Assembly: GCA_963745265.1 (NCBI GenBank)
Contig: CAVUXQ010000034.1
Coordinates: 41,560 to 105,559 of the forward strand
Source of the DNA: an uncultured delta proteobacterium
Lineage (GTDB): Bacteria > Desulfobacterota > Desulfobulbia > Desulfobulbales > Desulfocapsaceae
Length of the DNA stretch: 64,000 bases
Direction: 5' to 3'
How positions within the stretch are numbered: position 1 is the first letter of the stretch; each line of letters starts with the position of its first letter. Shown here in pieces: positions 23,587 to 32,700 of the stretch. Made by a program: the position numbers and the translations under genes. The notes under the pieces are model-generated. The model had not been told where the DNA came from, searched no databases, and worked only from the letters and a program-made list of their open reading frames with translations.

Positions 23587-23665
23587 CCACTTTATAATAT
23601 TTCGATTGCCAGGTTTTCGGCAGGAACAAAAAAGAGTTAGCAGTCGTGGGAGCTTCAGTGAGGAA

Positions 23666-23689
23666 GCGGGTTTCCATCTGGAAACCCGC
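23666..23689 (-). terminator. stem-loop downstream of alaS (weak terminator candidate)
   Basis: Perfect 10-bp stem gcgggtttcc/ggaaacccgc with a 4-nt loop, 17 nt after the alaS stop. The downstream tract is only moderately T-rich. Confidence 0.35.
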
Positions 23690-23705
23690 CGGGCGTCACA
23701 ATTTT

Positions 23706-26354
23706 TCAACCATGCAACAGTGAGGCAACCGTTTCTGAAACCTTCCTGATCGCCTCCGACAATTTATCGACCTGAGGTCCGCCGGCCTGAGCCATATCCG
23801 GGCGGCCGCCGCCTTTCCCACCCACCATCTTCGCTACCTCACTGATAAGCGCGCCGGCTTGAATTTTGTCAGTCAAGTCCTTGGTAACAATGGCCAGCAG
23901 TGCCACCTTGCCCTTGATCTGACCGCCAAGCACCGCCACGCCGGACCCAGGTTATCCCTCACTTTGTCGCCAACCTCGCGCAGAGTTTTGGGGCTGTCCA
24001 GTGGAATCTCCGCTGCCAACACTTTGACACCATCCACCTCGATAGTGTTGTTCAAAATCGTATCAAGATCGGAAGTCGCCAACCTGGCGGACAGATCCGC
24101 CACCTGTTTTTCCAATCGCTTCTGGGCCGCAAGCAACGTTTCGACTTTTTCGACAAGTTCCTCGTCACGAACATTCAACAGTTCACCCAGTTTTCTCACG
24201 CGCCGGTTCATCCTCTGGACATGGGCAAAGGCCGCGCTGCCAGCTATGGCTTCGATTCGGCGAACACCGGCAGCAATGCCGCTTTCGGTAATGATCTTGA
24301 AGAGGCCGATTTCGCCGGTGGCCCCTGCATGAGTGCCGCCGCACAGTTCCTTGCTGAAGCTCCCCATGGAGACTACACGCACCTTGTCTGCGTATTTCTC
24401 TCCAAACAGTGCGGTCGCTCCCCCCTGAATCGCTTCCTCACGAGCGAGAATATCGGTGGCGATGGGGAGATCGCGCCGCACCTGTTCATTGACCAGATTT
24501 TCAACCTCTTCGATCTCCTCAGGGGTCATCGGCGTGAAATGGGTGAAATCAAAACGCAACCGGTCCGGCCCCACGAGAGAACCTGATTGTTTGACATGGT
24601 CTCCCAGCACCTGGATCAGAGCCGCCTGCAACAGGTGCGTAGCAGAATGATTGGCGGCGGTGTTGCTTCGCCCTGCAACGTCCACCAGCAGATCCACCTG
24701 CTGGCCGACCTGCAGCACCCCTTCGCTTTACCTCGATATCACTGAAGACCAGGTTTTCTCCCTCTTTGAGCGTGGAAACTACTTCAGCCTGGCCTCCCTG
24801 CCACTCGACCATTCCACGATCCCCGAGCTGGCCGCCTGCCTCGGCGTAAAAAGGGCTCCTGGCAACGAACAACCTGCCTTGTTCGCCGGCTCCCAACTTC
24901 TCGACCGACCTTCCTTGTGCATCGATCAGGCCCTCCACCACGGCCTGCTCAGCCAAGGTGTCATAGCCGGTGAACTCCGTACGTTTGCCCTGATCCGCCA
25001 ACTGTTTCACGCCCTCATCCCTTAAGCGGACCCCCTCACCCTTGCGTGAAGCCTTGGACTTGGAACGCTGCTCCTGCATGGCACTGATAAATCCTGCTTC
25101 ATCGAAATCGACGCCCTTTTCCAGAGCAATGTCGCGAACGATATCAAAAGGGAAACCGAAGGTGTCGTAGAGCTTGAATATGAAGCGGCCGTCGATCTCC
25201 TTTCCACCAGAGGAGCGCAATTCGGCTATTTTCTCGTCGAGCAGCTGCAAGCCAAATTCAAGGGTTTCGCGAAATCTCTCTTCCTCGTTATTGACCACCT
25301 TCACCAGAAGTGTCCTGGCGTCGACCAAATGCGGATAGGCACCAGCCATTTCATCGACCACCGCTCCGGTCGCCTCCTCCATGAAGGGCTTTTCCAGCCC
25401 CAAATTCTTGCCGTATCGCACCGCTCGACGCATAATTCTGCGCAACACGTATCCGGGACCCTCATTGGAGGGCAGCACGCCGTCCGCCACCAGGAAAGCG
25501 GTGGCCCGGGCGTGATCCGCGATCACTCGCATGGCCACATTGTCGCTCTTCTTCGCACCATAGGTTTTGCCGGAGAGCGCCTCCAATCGATGGATAATCG
25601 GTCGGAACAAGTCTGAATCGAAGTTGTTGACCTTGCCCTGCAAAACAGCCGCCACCCGCTCGAGCCCCATGCCGGTATCGATACTGGGCTTGGGCAGAGG
25701 GGTCATTTTGCCGTCGGCGCTCCGGTTGAACTGCATGAACACCAGATTCCACAACTCTAAGAAGCGATCGCAGTCGCAGCCCAACGCGCAATCCGGCCGG
25801 CCGCATCCCGCCGCCTCGCCCTGATCGATATGGATCTCGGAACATGGTCCGCAGGGGCCGGTGTCTCCCATTGCCCAGAAGTTGTCCTTTTCGCCCATGC
25901 GCACGATGCGTCCCTTTGGCAGATCCTCGATCTTCTCCCACAAGCCGTAGGCTTCGTCATCATCCTCGTAGATGGAAACCCAGAGCTTTTCCGGGGGCAG
26001 CCCGAGTTCTACGGTGAGAAACTCCCATGCGTATTGAATCGCATCTTTCTTGAAATAGTCGCCGAATGAAAAATTTCCCAGCATTTCAAAAAAGGTATGG
26101 TGCCTGGCCGTATAGCCTACATTCTCAAGATCGTTGTGTTTGCCGCCGGCTCGAACACAACGTTGGCTGGTGACGGCCCGCACATAGTCCCGTTTCTCTT
26201 CGCCCATAAATACCCTTTTGAACTGCACCATGCCGGCGTTGGTAAAGAGCAGGGTCGGATCGTCTTTGGGGACCAGCGAGGAACTTTCCACCAGCGTGTG
26301 TTCCTTGGCTTGAAAATAGTTCAGGAATTTGGTTCGAATTTCGTTGCCATTCAT
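23706..26354 (-). pseudogene. alaS: alanine--tRNA ligase, two frameshifts (about 24718-24730 and about 23945-23950)
   Basis: Three consecutive ORFs. 24549..26354 gives MNGNEIRTKFLNYFQAKEHTLV...FTNAGMVQFK. 23873..24718 gives ...NHSATHLLQAALIQVLGDHVKQSGS.... 23706..23939 gives the C-terminal DHHA1-like ...[16 protein letters not shown]. Confidence 0.9.
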
Positions 26355-26367
26355 AAGATTTCGTTTT

Positions 26368-26949
26368 TTAGATATTAAATTCGCTCTGTTGGATAATGAG
26401 CGGGAGGATTTTTTTAAATTTTTCGGTACCGGCTCGACCCAGCAACTCGTAAATCAGCATCTCGGCCGGGCCGACCGCGGCACCGACGTTCGCCAGCCGG
26501 GTCAGGCCAGCTTCGTGGTGTTCCTGTCGTCGACTCGAGACGCCGTCCGAGACGATCCAGGGCCGCAGACCCAGCGCCATGGCCCCTATGGCCGTCTGAT
26601 AGATACAGATATGGGTCTCTACTCCCATGAGTATCACGGAATTCACCTCGCGAGGCATCTGCTCCACCAACTGCCTGGTCTCTTGGTTGGCGAAACCATT
26701 GAATTCCACCTTGTCGGGTCGAGGTATCTCTGCAACCAGCTCTTCGAGTTCCGGGACATAAAGGCCGAGCCCCTTCCTGTACTGGGTGTTGGCCACTACG
26801 CGAATCCCAAGAATATCGGCGCATCGCAAGACCAGTTTTATGTTGGCAATGACCTGTTCTCTCGCCTGCACTTGGCGCATCAGACTTTCCTGAACATCAA
26901 TTAGGTGCAGATAACAGGTCTCTGGAGTCAACAACTGTTTCATTTCCAT
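26368..26949 (-). CDS. isochorismatase-family cysteine hydrolase
   Basis: HLIDVQESLM... and VILMGVETHICIYQTAI (catalytic Cys context). The start is set at the ATG with GGAGAGG 7 nt upstream. The stop is 13 nt before the alaS start. Confidence 0.75.
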   Translation of the reverse strand: MEMKQLLTPETCYLHLIDVQESLMRQVQAREQVIANIKLVLRCADILGIRVVANTQYRKGLGLYVPELEELVAEIPRPDKVEFNGFANQETRQLVEQMPREVNSVILMGVETHICIYQTAIGAMALGLRPWIVSDGVSSRRQEHHEAGLTRLANVGAAVGPAEMLIYELLGRAGTEKFKKILPLIIQQSEFNI

Positions 26950-27799
26950 ATCGAATCCTCTCCAATAGTGCAGCACGCAAGCTACGGACCTGGTCTTATA
27001 TACCCCCTTTCCCCGTCACAGCGAAGTACAGCTCAACGCCCATATTCGCCCTGCACAACAATGCAGTTGCGCACTCGATCACACAGTAGCGCCGGCCACG
27101 CGCCTGCCGGCCGCCCCGCTCGACGGGAACACCCTCTTATGGCAGAAGACGCTATAGCTCAATGTTTACCTACCATATGGTAGATCCGGCAATCCGCAAC
27201 CTAATTAACTCTTTTCTCCCGCATGATTCAAGCATATCCTCCCCATTCCGGAAAAAACACCGTGCATAGCGAAGGAGAATTGCGACAAAATTCTTCTAAA
27301 TTCGTTTACTGCGGTTTGCTTTTCCCAGCCTTTCACGGATACGCACCCCCAATTTCCCCCGAAGCAACTCTATTTTATTCTGCATTATCGGTTATATATA
27401 CACCATTCAATGTGAACTAAGACCTCAATGTAGGAAAAGATTATTCCACCCCGGCAGAACTCCTGGAGCGCTGGCAGAAAATCCTTTACAAAGAGAATAT
27501 AACAATTACATTAAAAACTAAAAGATGGAACTGCGACATATCAGTTTTGCTCGAATCGCGCACGTATCGCCAACTCAATCGAGTTGGACGCCGTTTGTTT
27601 GATTTGATACTCAAGGGCTGGTATGCCCTGAATAAGGTAGAAGAGGCGGGATGGGTGTTTCTCGCACACCGGCATGACGGTGCGGTATCCGGTAGAGATC
27701 ATCAGTCAACGGGTTTGCAATGGAGATCAACCAAGCCGCGCTGCAATCTTGGAATTTGTTTCATGCCAAGCACGACGGAGGGTAAGAGGCAAGCATCAG

Positions 27800-27948
27800 C
27801 TAGGAGTCTGTCGGATTATGCCCTTTTTCCCCATATCTTCGTTAAACTCGAAAAAATTATCCTCAGAATATTCAGTATATGCCTCCGGTAATTTTTTCGA
27901 ATTTGCCTCGATCTGAGCAAAAATGCCTATAATCCGACAGGCTCCTAG
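27800..27948 (-). repeat. 149-bp MITE-like element, family 1, copy A (inverted orientation)
   Basis: ctaggagtctgtcggattat...ataatccgacaggctcctag. Full-length reverse-complement match to the copies at 54219 and 63392. Confidence 0.8.
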
Positions 27949-28109
27949 AGACTCGGAAAAGCCGGATCGACGCTTTGGCAAGCCCTTACAGCTCGCCGGT
28001 CTGGCCGACACTTGCCACCTCGGTGAAGGGTTGCCTCGAACTCAAGAAAGGTCGGGCAACCACTTCGAGAATTTTTTAAACCCGTTAAGATTCAGACCAA
28101 GGAACACGA

Positions 28110-28400
28110 ATGAATGACGAGCAGATCGATGCGATGTCGAAAATCTTGAAGTCCATGTCCCACCCGATCCGTTTGAAGATCCTCTGCCTTCTGCAAGACA
28201 AGGAACTCTCGGTTGGCGATATCCGAGATCAGGTCGAAACAACCAATGCCAATGTATCGCAACACCTGAACATACTCCGCAGCCAAGGCATTGTAGATTA
28301 CCGCAAGGACGCGAATTATATATACAATCGAATCACCGACAAACGCATAATCGAGCTTATCCAGACCATGCACAAGCTCTTTTGCCCCAAACTCGACTGA
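28110..28400 (+). CDS. ArsR/SmtB-family transcriptional regulator
   Basis: ILKSMSHPIRLKILCLLQDKELSVGDIRDQVETTNANVSQHLNILRSQGIVDYRKD is the canonical ArsR wHTH. AAGGA lies 6 nt upstream of the ATG. Confidence 0.85.
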   Translation: MNDEQIDAMSKILKSMSHPIRLKILCLLQDKELSVGDIRDQVETTNANVSQHLNILRSQGIVDYRKDANYIYNRITDKRIIELIQTMHKLFCPKLD

Positions 28401-28443
28401 AGATCCCGGATTCTTCCCCGTTTTCTTGCACTGGAGACAAAAC

Positions 28444-28689
28444 ATGATTGTCACTGATTGGATTCACGCCATAGCCGGCAGCTTCATTCTTGTCAGTCTT
28501 GCCTTAGGCGTTGAAGCAAGTCCGATTTTCGTCAGCAGATATTGGCTGCTGTTCACCGCCTTCGTCGGTCTGAACCTCTTGCAGTTCGGGTTTTCAAAAT
28601 TCTGCCCTCTGGGGCTTATTCTGAAAAAGCTCGGCGTTCCTGAGAATCGAAATACGACCCACAGCAAACTCAGTTCGTCTAAGCCTTGA
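28444..28689 (+). CDS. DUF2892 (YgaP-like) small membrane protein
   Basis: Two TM helices and a conserved FSKFCPLG-type motif (LLQFGFSKFCPLGLILKKLG). This family commonly pairs with ArsR regulators. GGAGA lies 6 nt upstream of the ATG at 28444. Confidence 0.7.
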   Translation: MIVTDWIHAIAGSFILVSLALGVEASPIFVSRYWLLFTAFVGLNLLQFGFSKFCPLGLILKKLGVPENRNTTHSKLSSSKP

Positions 28690-28939
28690 CCCGATTGTCA
28701 GCAGCCTGCTGCTGTTCAGCCTCGAGCATTTTCACATTGCACGATGCTTGCCAGCAACAGGTGGTGTGGGTGCACGTCTCACGACGCTGGTAGCACGGTT
28801 TGTTCCCCTCCATTTCCTGGATCGAGGAAATCAACTCGGCCAGTTTTATCCCTTTGTACTGGGGGATCCCCAACCGAAGTGCTTTTTTACGAGCCAGAGA
28901 GAAGAGTTTCGGACCTTTGTGGTAGATTTTTGCTGCCAT
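28679..28939 (-). CDS. small protein with Rho_N/SAP-like helix-extension-helix motif and Cys-rich tail
   Basis: MAAKIYHKGPKLFSLARKKALRLGIPQYKGIKLAELISSIQEMEG followed by CYQRRETCTHTTCCWQASC. GAGGTG lies 6 nt upstream of the ATG at 28939. The family is uncertain. Confidence 0.5.
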   Translation of the reverse strand: MAAKIYHKGPKLFSLARKKALRLGIPQYKGIKLAELISSIQEMEGNKPCYQRRETCTHTTCCWQASCNVKMLEAEQQQAADNRVKA

Positions 28940-29436
28940 GGTATACACCTCACAAAAAATGGAAGAGAACAGGGATCTTCGTTCGAAGAACCCTAATCCT
29001 CAATGACTAAGCCTTATTGGACGCACCTGGAGAAAGATCGGCGAGACAATCGCCTAACAATAGAAACTTGTGGTTCAATTATAAATACATATTGCGGAAT
29101 ATGTCCACAATAAACAGTAAATTTTGCCATTTTCCTCCTAACGTACTGGAAAAACCGGCTCCCTCCCGCCAGGATCAGGCCAATTCATCTGCCCATCAAC
29201 CTGACATCCTGATAGCGCTCAGGATCGCTCCACTTGAGAAGATCGCCGTTAAAAGAGGAATTTGCGCTGAAATACATCCGTGAGACAGGCGAAACCATTC
29301 ACCAGGTTACCAATACTGGAGCAATCGCCAAGTCGAATAGACCCCGACCAAAACAATGATACCTGGAGGTTCGCCCCAAATTCGGCAATCTCGATGCGCC
29401 CAAGGCGCCGGCAGCCAGCCTGAAGAATTGAGTAAT

Positions 29437-29534
29437 CGTTCACCAGTGCCCCAGGTTGGAGTAAGCTGGCTGACAGGCTATAGCCTATATCTGCACGCCA
29501 GCCAGCTCGTGCCAAGATGGGGTGCTGGTGAACG
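29437..29534. repeat. family-2 palindromic element, full copy
   Basis: cgttcaccagtgccccaggttgg...agctggctg...aggctatagcct...cagccagct...ccaagatggggtgctggtgaacg. The hairpins are nested. Confidence 0.7.
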
Positions 29535-29600
29535 TTTGCAGAATTTATTACCCAGAGAGCGACTTGTAGAGGGGAGGAAAAACCAGCACTTAGATAGTTC

Positions 29601-29733
29601 CCATCCGAAAACTGCTATTTGGCCCGATATCTTCGTTATTCGCAAATTTTCATCCTCGGAATATCACCTATATGCCTGCGGTAAAAATTTGTGAATGCCT
29701 CGATCTCGAACCAAATCCCTAGTTTTCGGATGG
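29601..29733 (-). repeat. family-1 variant: same core, different terminal inverted repeats
   Basis: The core atatcttcgtta..tcctcggaatat..tatatgcctgcggtaa..gaatgcctcgatct aligns with copy A. The ends are ccatccgaaaactgctatttgg / ccaaatccctagttttcggatgg instead of ctaggagcctgtcggattat. Confidence 0.6.
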
Positions 29734-29736
29734 AAA

Positions 29737-32700
29737 CTATATAGGCAGGATATGATACTCTTCGCGGATGGGATGGGTACCCCGCAAGACCACGCCGTTA
29801 CGGCCGTCGATAGACACCGCGTCGCCGAACTGGATGCGGCACCCCCCGATTTCACAATACTGAGCCGTTTCATACACCTTCAATTGCTTGACCCCCACCA
29901 CGCAGGTCTTCTCAAGTCGCACGGCCACCACCGATGCATGCGAGGTCTGCCCACCGCGTGAGGTGAGCAGGGCATCGGCCATATTGATCACCTTGATATC
30001 CTCCGGCACGGTATCCTGACGGATGAGAATGAGAGGGGACGCCGGGTCTTTGACCCGGAGTTCGCGGATATGCTCCTCGGTAAACACCGCCCGACCGGAA
30101 AAAGCCGAACCGGACACCCCCACGCCCTGCCCAAGATAGGAGGCTTCCAGGACCTCGGTCTCGACGAAGACATCCAAGTGCTCTTTCTTCTTGATAGTGA
30201 TCATGTCCCGGGTCTGCAACAGATAAAGCTGGTCCGGTTCCGGCCCCTCGAAGGTGAATTCGATCTCCTGTGGGTTCCAGCGCTTGACATAGACCAGATC
30301 CCGAGAAATCTCCAAAAGTTCGTTATAGATAGCAGGAAACCGCCGCTCCAGGGTCTCGTCCACGTCGCGGCCATCCAGTTGGGCCTGTTCCACCGAGATG
30401 GCGCAACTGGTCACCAGGCCCGAGACGATGTCCTCCCCCTGGTCCCCGTAGGCGTAATCTCCCCACAGGGCCACCCGCTGCACCTTACGGTAGGGATGGG
30501 CGGTAAAAACAACCCCGGAGCCCGCGGTATCGCTGAGGTTCCCAAAAACCATGGCCTGGACGATGACCGCCGTTCCCCAGGAATCGGAGACATCCATTAT
30601 CCGGCGATAATCCGTGGCCTTCTGAGTGCCCCAGGAATCGAGAACGAGTTCCACAGCGTTGACCAACTGCAGCCAGGGGTCTTCCGGAATTCCAAGACCT
30701 CGCTGTCGAACCAGCTTCTGGTAGGACAGCGCCAGGTCCTTCATCTGGGCCGCGGAGAACTGCCGTTTTAAAGCAACCCCGTGCCTGGCTTTGGCCTCGT
30801 CCATCAACTCTTGAAAATCCTCGCGCTCCACCCCCGATATCATGGCCCAGGACTGAAGAAAACGGCGATAGTTGTCCCATGCCACATATTCGTTCCCTCC
30901 CCTGGCCACGTATTCGGCTATGATGTCCTTATTGAAGCCTACGTTATGAACGGTGGCCATCATGCCCGGCATGGAGATCGCTCCACCGCTGCGCACCGAC
31001 AAAAGCAGCGGCCGGTCCGGCGAGCCATAGATCCGTCCGGTCAATGCTTCGATCTCGGTGAGCGATTCGCGGATACGCTGCATGAATTCTCCGCGTGCCT
31101 GGGAATAGCCGAACACCACGTCACGGCAACGAAAGATCTCGGTGGTAATGACAAAAGCCGGCGGCACCGGGATATTCTCGGCCATCAAGGTGGCCAGGTT
31201 GAAGCCTTTGTTGCCCAGGTGGATCAGGTTATGGGTGAAGGGATTGGGCTTATGCAAAAGCGAGATGGCCTTGTCCTGATTGTAGGTCATGAGTAGATCG
31301 AGGTTACGCTTGTCGAGTTTGTCTTTTTGGCTTTCCAGGATCTGAATGATGCGCAGGATAAAATTGTCGAGGTGCTGCAGTCCGAAGGTCGACGAGATGA
31401 GTTCGCGTAAAAATGCTTCCGACAACCGCTGCACGGAGGTGCTCACATCGCCCTCCTCATAGAGGCTCTTATACTTGGGCAGGAGATTCTCCCGACCGAT
31501 CCGAGGAATGAGCATCGACAGATTGTTCTGGTGGATATTGGTGTAACTGGCGTAGATGACATCCTTCACCCCTTCCGAGAGGCCACGGAATATATCGAGG
31601 TACTGCGTATAGGAAAAACGCCTGACTTTCAGGGAACTGGTCAGCAGGGAGAGATAGGTGTCGAGCCGCCTCGAGGTGATGCCGTCGATTCGCAGCGCCT
31701 GCATAAACAGGCGCAGGCAGCGCACGATGTTCCAGAAGGTGGATTGGGTGATAAAGGTCAGGTTGACCGTCTCCGGGAGTTTCTCCAGATAGATATTGGC
31801 CAGGTTCTCCAGGCGGAAGGTCAGGCTCAGCGCGTCGAATTTCCGCTCTTTGTACCGCCCATAAACGGAAGGGATATCAACGGCGATGTGTCGCTTGTAG
31901 TAGATGTCCTCCCTGGCCTCGAACTTCTCTTTGGAGAGAATGGTGGACTTGAGTTCCTCGAGCGCCGTCAGGATCACCTCGAGGCACTGTTCGGTATCCT
32001 CGATAACCAACGCCTCAAGCACCTTTTCCATCTCCGGGAAACCGTCGTGTACCGCCTGCTGCAGTTCGGTACGAATTTCCTGGAACCCGAGTTGGTACTT
32101 TTTGTAGAGCAGCTGATACATCTTTACCAACAGCTCGAAGCGACGAACCTCGTGCTGCTCGACATCGCCCTGCGAACCGAGAAAATCGGAGAGTTTTTCC
32201 TGCCTCAAGCTCAACAGATCATCCACTTCCGATATACCCAGCTGCCGCCATGCCCGGTCGCAGAGGACCTGCTGGCTGTCGACAAAGGGGCCGGTGCAGG
32301 CCACCTGGCTGTAGACCTCTTCGGGCAGGAACGGCTCCAGCACTTGTTTTTCCCGGGTTTTCCAGAACTGGAATATCGCCTTGATGAAATCGACGATGAG
32401 GTTGCTGCTTTCCACATGCCCCTGCTTTCTCAGAAAATGAATAAGCAGATCCTTACGGCGGTGAATCTCGTCAAGCTCGGTCGAAACGTCTCGCAGTTCA
32501 CCTTCAGAACCGATTTCGTTGTAAAAAACCGGCATCAGCTTGGTGAACTGTTTGGCCAGGTTGTAGATCGGTTCGATCGGGTGGTTGAGCAACTCGGTAA
32601 TGTCCCGCTGAAACAGGTCGGTATCCTTGATGCAGGTGCCGGACAGTTTGAGATGAATGATGAGCGCGGAGAACAGGGTCGAACACCATTTGGGTTCGCG

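Noticed and set aside
27540-27760. Possible HicA/RelE-like toxin remnant (minus strand MKQIPRLQRGLVDLHCKPVD* followed out of frame by ...RTVMPVCEKHP...)
   Set aside because: The resemblance is limited to a few residues. The expected GSH and PxH motifs are absent, and no antitoxin partner is visible.
29014-29130. 38-aa minus-strand ORF (MAKFTVYCGHIPQYVFIIEPQVSIVRRLSRRSFSRCVQ) preceded by AGGAGG
   Set aside because: The SD-to-ATG spacing is only 3 nt, the peptide has no recognisable features, and I cannot assess conservation. It is kept as a note only.
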